From: a virus | Lineage: Duplodnaviria; Caudoviricetes | DNA length: 52,142 nucleotides | IMG/VR virus record: IMGVR_UViG_3300000525_000005 | Location: 1-52,142 of that record | Direction: 5' to 3' (one strand) | Part shown: in pieces, positions 36,732 through 50,300 of the stretch | Layout of the letters: the number at the start of each line of letters is the position of its first letter | Position numbering within the stretch: position 1 is the first letter of the stretch | Notes under the pieces: model-generated | The model's database searches: none | What the model saw: only the letters and a program-made list of their open reading frames with translations | What the model was told of the DNA's origin: nothing | Made by a program: the position numbers and the translations under genes

Positions 36732-38240
36732 ATGGCTGTTAATAGGTTTAATCAAATAGCTGCCCCTAACTTTAGTAATTCTAATGATTTATTAAAGTTA
36801 TCAATGGATCAAGGAAACCAAGCTCTTGCAGGTCTTACCCAGACTTGGGATGATGCTATGAAGGGGGTACAGAATAGGGTACAGGGTGACATGCAAAGCC
36901 TGATAAACAGTCAGAGTGCAGCTGACTTAAGGGATCCCGCTAAGAAACAACTGTTACAACAACAACTTTCAGATATGGATAATGAAGGCAATCTTAGGAT
37001 GGCAGACATGGCTAAGATGAATGCTTACCAAGATAATAGGTCAGGAGTACTGGTAGGTAGAGATCAAGCCATTAATCAAAACAGTCTAACTAGCGCTAGG
37101 GTTATAGGTCAAGGCTTAAACAATCAAATTACTGAAGTAGAAAATAATAGAACAGTTAAGGGTTATAATAAAGAGGATGCTGCTAGTGCAGAGGCGAAAA
37201 TATATGATGAACAGGTAGATGGTTACTTAAATGTTATTAGAAATAGAGATAGATTTGCTGAAGGTTCTCCAGAAGCGTTAGCTAATGCTCAGGCAGGGGC
37301 TGACTATTTAGCGGGATTTGGGCCTATGTCTAATGCGCAAGTTTATAGATTCCAAGAAGCTGTAAATCAAAAGTTATCTGGTAAGAACAAAGCTAATCAA
37401 GCCAATACATCTACTAATCAAAAGTTAAATGCAGGAGCAATTAATATTGCTTCCGCACAAAAGAGATTAGATAATATGGATGAAGATCAAAGTATGGAGG
37501 TTGATCTTCATGCTATAAAGGTTATGAATAATACCAACTCAACAAGAAATGATATACAAAATGCTCTTGATAAAACATCACTTTCTATTGGAGGTAATAA
37601 AAGTGAGAGGTTTTTGGATGATAACAATAATGTTGTCACTAATTGGAAAGCAGTAGCTGGAAGAGTAGCAAGTAACGCTACTAAATTAACTGAAAGTGTT
37701 CTTAACCCTGAGGATGTTCAAGACTTTGTTCAATATTCCATGGAGTCCAGAGGAGAAGATGTATCTTCTAGAGACAGAAACTCAATGGAAGCGGTTAATA
37801 GATTCTTTACTCGTCATGCTGCCAACGCTGAAAATACAGATGAAATGTTAAGTGAAAAGCAAAAGTATGAAGTATATTCAAGATATATGACAGGAGGAGA
37901 TCAGTTTAGTAGATGGGGATTATCTGTTAACGAAGCTAATAGGTTAAATAAGATTATGCCTAATCTTATTAAACAACAGCTTGACGGGGACAAGAAGAAA
38001 GTAGGGGATAAACTTAGAACATACTACTTAGATGTATTTAATGGTTTAAGTGCTGGAAAGTTTGGAGTAGCTGCTGGTAAAGCAGCTATTGAGATGGGGC
38101 TAGGTACTGACAATCCACACTTTAATTATTTCCCTAAAGGAGTACAGAATCAACTTAAGATTGTTAATAAATCCAGGGCTAAATCAGTAGCTGGAAGTCA
38201 AACATTTCTAGGGGTCTTTCAAGACGCTAAGAATAGATAA
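36732..38240 (+). CDS. Internal virion/ejection protein (N4 gp51 position)
   Basis: No Cys, N/Q-rich; lies between gp52-like gene and vRNAP. Confidence 0.6.
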   Translation: MAVNRFNQIAAPNFSNSNDLLKLSMDQGNQALAGLTQTWDDAMKGVQNRVQGDMQSLINSQSAADLRDPAKKQLLQQQLSDMDNEGNLRMADMAKMNAYQDNRSGVLVGRDQAINQNSLTSARVIGQGLNNQITEVENNRTVKGYNKEDAASAEAKIYDEQVDGYLNVIRNRDRFAEGSPEALANAQAGADYLAGFGPMSNAQVYRFQEAVNQKLSGKNKANQANTSTNQKLNAGAINIASAQKRLDNMDEDQSMEVDLHAIKVMNNTNSTRNDIQNALDKTSLSIGGNKSERFLDDNNNVVTNWKAVAGRVASNATKLTESVLNPEDVQDFVQYSMESRGEDVSSRDRNSMEAVNRFFTRHAANAENTDEMLSEKQKYEVYSRYMTGGDQFSRWGLSVNEANRLNKIMPNLIKQQLDGDKKKVGDKLRTYYLDVFNGLSAGKFGVAAGKAAIEMGLGTDNPHFNYFPKGVQNQLKIVNKSRAKSVAGSQTFLGVFQDAKNR

Positions 38241-38243
38241 GAA

Positions 38244-38276
38244 ATAAAGCCACTTTAATAAGTGGCTTTATTTTTG
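38244..38276 (+). terminator. Intrinsic terminator
   Basis: ataaagccactt-taat-aagtggctttat-ttttg. Confidence 0.85.
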
Positions 38277-38303
38277 ATACCTATACATCAATCTGTGTAC
38301 AAT
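38274..38303 (+). promoter_or_regulatory. Putative sigma70-like late promoter for vRNAP
   Basis: TTGATA, 18-nt spacer, TACAAT. Confidence 0.45.
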
Positions 38304-38333
38304 CAGTACCATTAATATAATACTTAAATAAGA

Positions 38334-41300
38334 GTGAGTCCTATGGCTACGAATAATTCCGTTACTGATATCCTCGCACAAGCTAGAATAAATGCTCCAG
38401 CTACAGTACGGGAAGCTCAGAATAGTGCTAAAAATCGTTTGGCTCAGATATCCGGTGTTGATACGACAGCTGCACCTCAGTCAAGTTTCCCTAACTATGA
38501 TGAATACGAGGCAATAACTGCTCAAGCTCAAAGTGAGGCTGTGATGCAAGGTATGCCTCTAGCTAGAAGACAGGATGAGAAACAGAAAGACTTATTAAGT
38601 GCAGTAGCAGGGGGTGGTGTTGGTGTGGCTAATACAGTAGCAACTGGTGGTGCACTTATAGGTAGTGGTTGGAGAAATATAGGAGAAGCTTTTGCAGGAA
38701 AACAAGCAACTCCTGCTGATGAATGGATAAATAATACCACTAATGCTCTAGGTATTAACCAAGCACAGGATTATTGGAATGATCAAGAATCTTCGATTAC
38801 TAAAGGTAAAAGAGCACAGCTTAGCTCTATAATGGAAAATCCTAATATAGGGGAGATTGAACGTGCCAAACAGACAGGTCAGTATTACTTAGATAATCCA
38901 GATATGCTAGGTCTAGATACTGCTAAGGTAGTACCTCAATCCTTAATGGAAATGTACATTGGCGGTAAATTTATTAAAGGTAGTAGACACCTTAATAAAC
39001 TAGGAGCAGGAACTAAAGCAGGCATTAATGCTGGTGGTTCTATATCTCTTAATACAGTAAATCAGATAGCACGTAACGAAGATGTTGAACTAACACCTAG
39101 GAATCTTGCAGTAGCTGGCGGTATTGGTTTTGCTGGTGGTGCTGTTACTAAGCTTATGGCTGGTGGTAAAGGCTTTGATGTGGATGGACTATTTACAGGT
39201 GGTTCTAATAATATAGCAGCCGCTAGTGCTCCAAGAGCTATTGCATCTGGTTTTGCAAAAGAGTTTTTAGAAGAAGCTACACAGGAAGGCCCTATTGAGG
39301 GTGGCGGTATGAACTACATTGAGGGTAATCCTCTTATGCAAGGTGTAGGTGGTAAAGCAGCTCAAGGTGGTGCTTTAGGTGCTACATCTTCTTTTGGATT
39401 GGGTCTTGGCCCCAATATATTAAATAATGTAGCCAGTGATGCTCAATTAGCTCAACAAAGAAGAGTAGAACAAGATCAAGCTGTTAATGGAAAACCTGAT
39501 GAGAATGCAGATGTAGAAAGTCCTAAGTACAATCCATCTAGATCATACAAACAAGCTATCAGAGATCAAGGTTCTAATGACCCAGAAGTTCGTAAAGCTG
39601 CTTTAGATTCAATGAAAGATATTAGTTATAAAGCTGACAAGAAGATGTTTGAATTAGATGAAGCTATCAGAGCTGAAGTTGATCCTACAGTTAAAGCTGA
39701 TTTGATTGCTCAGAAAGATGCTTTTGAAAATGAGAAATTGACTCCTCTTAAAGCTGAAATCAAGAATTACATGAACTATGTACAAAAGAACCAGAAAGAA
39801 CTTCTTACTAAGATTGGTTTAGAAATAGGTCAAGTACAGGCACGTAGAACAGCTCTCACAGAGGCTGCTAGTGCTGAGATAGAAGTACCTGAGACAAGTA
39901 CAGCTTCTATGAATAATGGTACGCCTACGGCTGCCACAGCTCCAGCTACGGCCCCAACTGTATCACCTAATAAGGGTAAATATAGTGATCTAATTGACGG
40001 GAAGGCTAAGCAGTATGGTGTGGCTCCAACATTAATTAATGCCATGGTACAAGCAGAATCAGCATTTGATCCTAATGCTAAGTCACCTGTGGGTGCTAGC
40101 GGCCTAATGCAACTAATGCCCGATACGGCTGAAGAGTTGGGTGTACATGACTCTACTAATCCTGAACAGAATATTGATGGTGGGGTTAGGTACATAAAAC
40201 AATTACAGGATAAGTATAAAGGTAATATTACCCACGCTCTTATGGCGTACAACTGGGGTATGGGTAACGTTGACCAATATATAGCTGATAGAGCTGCTGG
40301 TAAGAAACCTAGAATGCCTGAGGAAACTCGTAATTACGTTAATAAAATTAAAGCTAACGTAAGAAGTATGCAAACCAATAAAACTAGTAGTTCTAGTCCA
40401 AGTACTGCAAGGGATCCTAAGAACTATCTTAAGTATAGTAATTCTGGTGCTAGTCGTAATGAAAAACTAGATAGTAAACTAGAGAAAGCTTTAGGATTCC
40501 TACAAGACATGGGAGTCACCTACGATATTAACTCAGGTGGGCAATCAGCTACGAGCAGAGGTAAAGTAGGGAGTACAGCGCATAATGACGGACATGCAGG
40601 TGATGGTGTTCTTATATATAAAGGTAGGGAGCTTCATTGGAATAATAAAGAAGACTTACCTATTTTAGAGAAGATTGTAGAAGAAGCTGCTGCCAATGGT
40701 ATTAATGCCATAGGTGCTGGTTACATGGGTAAAAGAGGTAAGATACATTTTGGTATTCAAAAGAATGGTGGAGCATGGGGTGGTGGTGGAACTACTGACA
40801 GTCCTGGTTTTAAGTGGGTAACTGACGCTCAAGAAAGAGGTAAGAACCGTAAACCTACTACTCCTATGGACACCACTGCTGAAGTACAGGAAGAAGAGGA
40901 TGTTTGGGAAGATGTAGTTATAGAAGATATTGAAGAGCTAAATGTTGAGGAGAGTCCAGAACTAACTGCCAATACTAAAGAGATGGAAGATGTTAAGGAA
41001 CGTGGTAAAGCTGTTATTAGAAATTCATTCAGTACTCTAACTAATGACGAGATTGATAATCATCCATTAATGAGTACTGAACAAAAAGAGGCATTGCGTG
41101 TGCTATCTGGTATAAAAACTGAGATGGCTAATTTGCGTGACACAAATAAAGTCACTAAAGACATTATGGAAGGGGATCAAAAAAGTAAGAGTGGAGATCC
41201 TCAAACCAGACATTTAGGTGTTAAACAGTACAATGAAATACTAACTCAAGCTGTAGCTGTGAATGATGTAGAAACAGTTAATAAATATATGGGATTCTTA

Positions 41301-44300
41301 AATAGATTTGCTGAAAACCATGAGTCTAAAAGTGAGTTAATTCAAAGATTAATACCTAAATCTAGTCGTGCTAACCCTATTAAGATTGCCCCTAATGAAG
41401 ATGGTTTATGGGTAGATGCGACTAAGTTTACAGATGCGGAATACAAAGCTGCTAGAGGTACAGAAGTTCGTGGTAGTAATAAGATGACTACTGCTATCGC
41501 AAAAGAATCTGAAGTGTTATCTAATCTAAGAGATGCTTGGGAAACCAGTACCACTACGATGATGGAGGGTGTAACTCCGTCTGTAGCAAAGACTCCAACT
41601 AAGGTTAAAACTCCTAATGTACCTGTAAATCAGACACCTACGCCTACGGCTCCAGTGTCCTCTACTAAATACTCACCAGTGGATAATTCTCAAGCAACTC
41701 CTGAAGGTGGATTTTACTTAGGAAGAGTAAAAGATGCAGAGGGTATAACTTCTAGTATGTCTATTATAAACCCTAATAAAGATGGGTCTGCTGATAATAT
41801 TGGTAAGCCTGGTTGGTTGGGTGATCAGAATAAGAACAAACCTGTAAGTACCTATATTACTGACTTTAAAGAGTACGCCAGTAAGTACGAAAAGTTTGTA
41901 CCTCAACTTATAGAAGACCTATCCAAAGACCTATATGGCTATGTAAAACCTGCTAATAATTCAGAGACTAACTTCTTAGCTGACATGTCAGAGATGATTG
42001 AAGGAAAGTCTAAAGAAGAAGTTTCTGAACTTGTTAAACGTATCCAAAGTTATACTAAGAAGGGTGGTATTAAATTAGAAACAGCCATTACTGAGAAAGG
42101 TGGTCTAACTAATAAGATGTTAGGTTTTGATAAGGTTAATGAATTTGGTTTAAACACAACCACAGACGAAACCCTATCAGAAAATAAAGCTCAAATAGAT
42201 AATATGCTTGCTGATAATCCCAATACTGATTTCCCAAGTACAGGTCTTGGTGCCAATATACAGGCATCAGCTCCTAAGACGTTCCAGTACCTCAATGAGA
42301 AGCTTAAGAGTGAGTTAGGGGTAAACAATGCTGAACTGATTAAGAACGCTACTACAGAGCCTATAGAGAGTAAAAAACGTAGCTCTATTAAGGCAGGAAA
42401 GAAGGCTGGAAAAGCATCTGCTCCTATTAAGCCTACTAAGACTCCTAATGAGAAATCTAATAAGAGTGCAACTGGTGATAAGGAATACACAAACCAATAC
42501 ACTCACACAGAGAAGAGCACAGATGAGGTGTGGGAAATTCTTATTAATAGAAACAGTGAAACTAATGAGATTGAGGATGTATCCCTAGTACAAGGAACTG
42601 AGCCAGTTGAATCATTTACTACACCTAGTAAGACAATGAGTGATGAAGCGGTAATCAAATGGTTACAACAGGGCCCTGAGAAAGTAACTGGTATTTATAC
42701 TCAAACCAACTATAACTTAGAGTCAGTAGTTGAGCCTGAGATGAAAACTGAGTATGTAGGTAAAACACTTCTACCTACTGATGTGGTGAGTAAGGTAAAT
42801 AAATTAGTTGATGTAATGTCTAACTTTATAAATGATTTAGATATGAAGAACATTACTACCAAAGATAAGGCTCTATACACAAGTATCATTAATACATTAA
42901 ACAACTTTAACCCTAACTTAAAACTAAAGATCTCTAAACAAGGTGAGAATTCTTATGATGTTAAGACTAATACTATTACCGTTAATCCTTCTAACGGTGA
43001 ACATATACTCAAAGGGATAGCTAGACTCTCCATTGAGAGTAGTACCTCTAATGTAGTAAATGCTTTAGAGGGTACGGGTACTGATAACCTATCTTATAAG
43101 GGATCTGAGTTAGTTAAATTAAATAAGGATATCACCTATATAAAACAGATCATTAATAGAAATGGTTTATTAGGTACAGATGAAAAATTGGATATTAACT
43201 TACGTAAACGTCTGTTGAATGCGCTGAGCTCTAACAGTAATTTACTGAGTGCTGCGACTACTGATACTGAGATAATGGAATACCTTCAGTCTATTAGTTA
43301 TAACTTAGAAAATAATAAAGCTAAGAGTAGTGTATTTAAGAAGATTGTGGATTCATTACGTTCATTCTTTAAGATTGGTAATAACAATGAAATAGCAACT
43401 ATGTATGACAAGTTGTTAGAGATAACAGCCCGTGCTGCTCAAGTACAGGCCATGAATAAAGAAGTTAGTTTTAATAATACTGAGGAGGGTAAAGCAAGCA
43501 TATTCCAGAATATGTTAGAAGCCAATTCTGATGAGGAAATGGCAAAATCTTATTATTCACGGAATAACTTATTGGCTAAGTTTAAACAAGTAACCAGTAA
43601 GGGTAAACCATTATCAGGAGTGGCTAATCTTGCGTCTAAGCTCAAGTTAGACTTAATGCAGGGGATTAACACTCTTGCAAATTTAAGTCCCTCTAGAGCT
43701 CAACGAGAGCAGATGGAAGACTTCCTGAAGTTTAGAGATGAGCTTGCTATACATCTTATGGATACCTTTGTCCAAAAGAAAATCACATACAATGATGATG
43801 GGTCAGTGAAAAACGATTTCAGCTCACAAGATTTGAAGTCTCATCTAATGGATGCTGAAGGTAACATTGATGAGAATACTCTTACGGCTGCTGCTTTAGC
43901 TGCTTATGATTGGTCAAGTGAGTATGGCAATAAAACCATAAACTTAGATAAAGATATTCGTAAGTTACTTAACCTAGATCCTGAATCTAAAGATAGTATA
44001 CCTAGTCATATAAGAGATCAGTATATTGATGGGGTTATGATTAAGAATACTCAGAGTTCTAGTTTGGGTAATAAGACTTTGCAGTTATTAAATATTCAAT
44101 CAAATCTTAAAGGTAGTATAGAAGTAGAGTCTGAGCTTGCTAATAGTATTGGCGAGTGGATTGTTAACTCTATGCAGTCTGCTGACTTAATTCACATGAG
44201 AACAATGTCTTCTGATACTCACATACAGAATATAACTGATGTAGGTGGTGAGTTAGTCTCTAATAGTGGTAATGACTCCAAGGATATTAATGATAGTAAT

Positions 44301-47300
44301 GGTTTAATTACGTTCATATCTACTGTTGATAAAGACAGTAAGAATAGGAATCCAAGACTACAGGAAATAGTAGATGCAAGTAGAGGTACTCTTAACTACA
44401 TGCAGAGTATCTTTGGTAGTGAAATTGGTTTAGTCAGTCCTTTAATGAAGAAGCCAGAGGAAACCAAAAAGTCTATTAGAGGTACATCTAAGAATATTAG
44501 TGATATGCAAGCTGCTGATATGGCAGTCATGCAAGATGAGCCTATGCGTGTAAACGATGATTCTTATGATGCTCTTATGTTAGTTATGGAAAAGTTCCGT
44601 GGTGATGCATTAGTAATGATGGAAGCTGAAGTAACTGATGAACAGTTAGCTGCTGAACACGTAAGTGATAGGCATAGCGTTCAATCTGCTGCTGAAGGAC
44701 AGTTCCGTGAGATAGAGAACATGATGGACTTTGTGGGTACTCTAGGTAAGGACAGTACTGGCAACAGAGAAGAGTTCTTTGATAGTGTTTATGGTGCTAA
44801 GAATAATCGTATGCACTATGGCTCTAATATGGTTAACTTTCAGTTGAGTAAGATACATAGATCTGTTGTGGAATACGGTAACTTTAAGTCTGAGATAGAT
44901 ATCTCTCAATGGAATGAGTCTACTCCTAACTGGTTCAACGAAGATGGCACTACAAGTGATCTTGGTTTAATGTTACGTGGGATTATGGAGCAAGCTGAAG
45001 GTACTGAGAATTTAATTAGAGAGGCTTTAAAAGGTACTGCATTCTCTCAGGGATTCACTGTAGATAAATTACCTAGTGAAGTAGCTCTTGATCCGTTTTT
45101 TGATTATTTAAATTCAGATCCTCAAGTACTCAAAGCAATAGATGCTATGGATATATTGATGAACAATCCTAATAAGTTCAACCAATTGGATATGGATAGC
45201 ATAACTGAGCTGGTAAGTTTTTGGGAAGGTGGAGCTGGTTCATTCAGAGTATTATCTGAGCTAACAAAGCTAATGAAAGCATCTAAGAAAGGTGATACCA
45301 AAATTACTACCTCTATTGGTGTTGGTTCTGATGGTGTTAATAATGGTATCGCTATCAGTACTATTCAAATGGGTGTGGCTAAAGCCAGATTCTTAGCTCA
45401 GGTAGGTATTATCACTACTGCTGAAGAATACTCGCAAGTGAAAGGTTACTTTGATACACGTAAGATTAAAGATTTAGGTGATTACTACGAAGGTTTAAAG
45501 ACCATATTACTACCTTACCTAGAGTCGCAGACAGGTGTGGCTAAGTCTATGATTGATCTTAATACTAGTATCAAAGAACGTAAGTTCATGAAGGCTATAC
45601 TAATACCGTTTGGTTATAGTGCTGGTAATAAAAGATTAGAACAGATTGCTTTTAGTCAGGTACTAGAAGATATTAAAGGGTCATTTAAGAAACTTGCTGC
45701 TATGGATGAGACAAGCCAGAAAGCCATTGATCTTAAATTACAGCTGGAATCTGATTTATCTAATGTTATTGGATCTAAAGTAAACCTACCTCAAGGGAAA
45801 GCTGTATTAGAATATTGGTTTGATAACAAACAGATCAAGGCTATGAAAGAAGTGCATAGTTCAGGTATATCTGAAGCTATTCTTGAATCTATAGAAGAGT
45901 ACGCTGGTACATTCATCTTAGAACGTAATCGTAACGTGAAGATGCAAGGTGCTAACTCTGAAGCTTATTTAGTTATTAAAAGAGAGGCAGAGTATAAAGC
46001 TAAGGAAGCTTATGTAGAGTCGTTGAAAGAGTCTGACCTATACAAAGACATGCCTGATAAACAGGTTAGGGCCATTGTTGAAGCTGAAGGAATGCCTGCT
46101 GCTTATTACATGGAGAATGCAGAAAGTGTATTAGCTAAGATTAGACCAAGTGTTAGAACCCCATTCAATAATCTAACTGAGGATAGTGATTCTGACTTCA
46201 ACATGATGAGAGATAAGAAAACTCTTAAGGGTAACCCTAATAGTAGTACAGCAGGTAAGAGAGTATCTGATGGTAACTTAGAGTCATCTACAGTAGCCTC
46301 ATCTATTATGAGAATGATAGAGGAGTCTGTAGGGATCACTGTGAGCTCTGCTCAAGTTCAAGGTGTAGATGCTTTCATTGCTGCTTGGGCCAGTGCTAGG
46401 GGCGGTAAGGTAAACCGTAACATCCATGACCAAGGTGATAGTGGTGTAAGTAACTATATGACTATGGGGCAAGCACAGAACCAAGCTACCTTTGAAGCAT
46501 TGAAGATATACCATGTACAGGCAGAGTCATACTCTAGTTTAAAACGTACTCTTAAGAGTATGACAGAACTACTAGAGAACGAGGAAATAAGTAGAGCTAC
46601 CTATGAAGAGGGTATCAAGAAAATGGTGGAAGGTTTAATAGGCAATAAAGGCCTAGAAACTGCTATAAGTGAGGCAAGGGATGGAGGAATAGTTAGTGAT
46701 TCATCTACAATGAGTCAAGTATTTACAGCTGTCTATTTACCTATCTTTAGTGATTTTAATCAATCAGTTAAAGATGCTGAGTATAATAAACTAGATACCC
46801 TCAAAACTATGAGAGTCGTTCAACAGTATGCTGGTGAGAATGCTGAATATTTAGTTACTGATGCTGATAGAGCTTCAGTAGATCTAGAGTATGCAAAAGT
46901 AGATTCTAAGATACAAAATATGAAAGACACTATTTATGAAGTAGGTACATCTTTAAGTAAAGTATACGAAGATACTGATAGTAGTATTAATACAGAAGAA
47001 GATACCCAACCAAAGGTTCATGAAATTGAATCTTTACTAGCCCAATTCGTATCTAAAAGTAATAAAACTGGGGATCCAATATCTGACGTAGAGAGTAGTC
47101 TATTTCGTTATGTAATAGATGCTATGAAGTCTGTTAATCCAGACCTAAAAGTAACTATCAGTAAGGAAGAGGGTATTAAAAGTAATGGTTATTATAAACC
47201 TACTACTAATGAGATTGTCTTACTTGAAAGTATGATGATGAGATCTACTCCAAGAGAAGCAGCAGCCGTACTAGTACATGAAGTAGTACATGCTATAACT

Positions 47301-50300
47301 ACTAATAAGATGCTTTATTCTATGGATCCAGAGGTGAGAGCTGCTTTCAATGAATTGCAACTTATGCATACAGAACTAGCAGCTAAGGCACCCAAAAGAA
47401 TGACAGAGAAAGGTGGAACTCTTGAGAACGTATTTGAGATGATTGCCTACGGTATGACTGAAGCCAAGCATATGAAATGGATAGTTGCTAACCTTAATGG
47501 TAAAGACTATGCAATGAGTAATACTGTCAGTGAGAGAGCAACTAACCTTGAAAGGTTCATGGGAGCTGTTAAGACTTTCTTGTTTGGTGATAAGCAAAGA
47601 AAGAGTAAGAAGTATTTAAAGGGTGTGGCCAACTTTTCTAGAATGCAGCAGTTGATGGATATAACCATTAAAGGGTTAACTGAGCAAGAACTCAAGGCTA
47701 GTAAAGCTGGTTTAAAGGCTAATCAATACTCTAATGCTCAACAGAGTCCTCTAGAGAACCTTAAAAGTTTATCTGAGGGGAATGTATCAAGTGAGCACGT
47801 AGAGCACCTGAACGGCATCCTAGACAGTACTATTAGTGATCGTATCAATAGAAGTCCAGAGGATGAGACAATGGTACAGGGTATCATTGATAACATATCT
47901 CAGAGAGCTATAGCAGCAGGGTTCAGACTTAGCGATAAAGAGCTGTATACCATGGAGATTGTTAAAGCCATAACTAATAGCTATCTAGAGAAGAATAGTG
48001 GATCTAAGAGTGCACAAGAGCTACGTGAGGTGTTTAAGAATGTAACTAAACAGCTTACTAGAGAAAGTTTCTTAAGTGACTCTAGTACAGCTACAGCGAG
48101 TGATATTGCTATTGCCCAGCGTAAGCTGAACTATGTTATGGCTCAGGATGCTAAAAACTATAAGGAGCAAGTAGAACGTTTTACTGCTCTTGCTGCTACT
48201 AGTGAAGAGTTTAGAACATTGGTAGATAGTTTAAGTAGTGAGCGTAAGAGTGATCGTCAAGGTACGTGGTTTGATAAGTTGATGGCTGCTCTTGAGAATA
48301 TGTTCAGATTTACCACTGGCAAAGTATTAGGAACCAATGGGCCCAATAGCCAGCAAGTAGACCAATTAATGAATCACTTGTCTAAGATTAATGAGAGAGC
48401 TCTCAGTAATAATATGAGCAAAATAGACACTATGTACACGGAGTCTCTAAAGGTAATTACTACCCCCTTAAACTGGACAACTAATAAATTGATTGACGGT
48501 ATCTTCCAAGCAGTAGATATGAGTACAAGTGTCTTACCAGCTAATAGTGGATTAGCAGCAGCAACTAGAGCTATGACTAAAGCTAGAAAGACAGGTATCA
48601 ATGAGATTGGTGAACAGCTCATTAGAAATAATGCAGCAATGGGGCCCAACAGCAACACCAGCGGTAGACAGTCAGGATGGGGTGAATTCTTAAATGAGTT
48701 AGTTCGTACTAAAGGTATGAAAGCTACTGTAGAAGAATTGATCCGTATGACTAATAAGGTAGGTCAAACCAGGGATACTGTTAAGAAGAATACTGTTAGA
48801 GCTTTAATGAAAGTTTTCTCTAATAATGGAGAAGACCTAACCGTTGCTGAAAATAATTCCTTGACTCAGGTAATACTAAGAACTGATATAGGGAGTTTAC
48901 TTGGTAAAGGGTATCAAGTAGCTAGAGTCATGAAGTTAATTAGGAATCCTCAAGAGCGTGCATTAGAAGTCTCTAAATTAGAAACTCAGATACTTGGTTT
49001 CAGTAATGGTAATGACATGATCCTTCAGACTAAATCACTAGCTCTGTACATGGCTAAAGAAGAGAGTAGTGAGCACTTAGTTAAGAACGCAGAAAACATT
49101 GCTATTGGTAAGGACAGTTGGTATGAGACTGATATGTCTAATATGAATACTGATATAAGAGACGCTGTTGATAGCCTAGCAAGCCTATATGCTATTGATT
49201 ATGCAGACCAGACTCACAGAACTACTTTAATAGACTTGATGAGTAGAGAAGAAGAAGGAGTTAAAGCCATACTTCAAACTCATAAGGACATTGCAATAGA
49301 AGCTAAAAAAGGGTTTAGTGAGAACCCTTACAGCTATATCAAAGGTTACTCACCGCAGCTAACTAATCCACTTAAATCATTGGTCTTTTCAGAGACTAAG
49401 AAAGAGATTGATGAGCTAAAATTAAAAGGATGGGTTGAGGTATCAGATAGTAGACTTAAGCAAGATAGGTCAGATAATACTGATGCAAGGTCGTTAATGT
49501 TCCACGATGATATGTTATATCAAGATTATGTATCTGGTGCTTTAGATATGAAAGATACTCATGCAAAAGGTACTACAGTCTACAATCTTAGTTCTTTAAA
49601 TGATCTTAATAGAGTTCAGAGAGTCAAGATGCAGGCAAGACGTTCTAGAGTTAATAGTACTGATTATATGAGTTTTGACCCTAGAAAGGAGACTAAGAGT
49701 AATCTAATAGCTGCTTATAATAGTGAAGGTGTTGTTATGAGTTATGGTTATGAGATGGGTGGTAACTTAAGGGATACTTACTTAGAACGTAATAATAATG
49801 GTTTTGAAATGTTAGGAACCATGCAAAGTGATGCTAAGTTTAAACCAACTATTGCGGAGTCTCAAAGAGAAGTAGCAAGGGCATTACACACAGACTTTGG
49901 TAAATCTTATGGTACAGACCCAAGACAGTATGTGACATTAGACCCTAACTCTAAAGATCCCAATGTTCAGACTATGTGGAAAATGATGCCTTACGCTTTC
50001 AAAGAGGAGGCTACTAAACTGTTTGGTAAGGACAATCCTATAGTAGTAAGGTCTAACGTTTACAACGCAGTATTTGGATTTAAAGCTTACTCTATATCTG
50101 ACATGTTTGATGCAGTTAAAACAGATAATAGCAACACAGCAGAGAAACTAGCAGTTACAGTAGCCAAAGCTGTTATGGGAGAGAAAGCACAAACTAAAGT
50201 ACTTCAAGCTGAAAGGTTATACCAAAAAGGTATTGATAAGATGAAGAGCTTTATTGTTATCCGTAATCATGCAGTATTGATGGGTAACATTATTGCTAAC

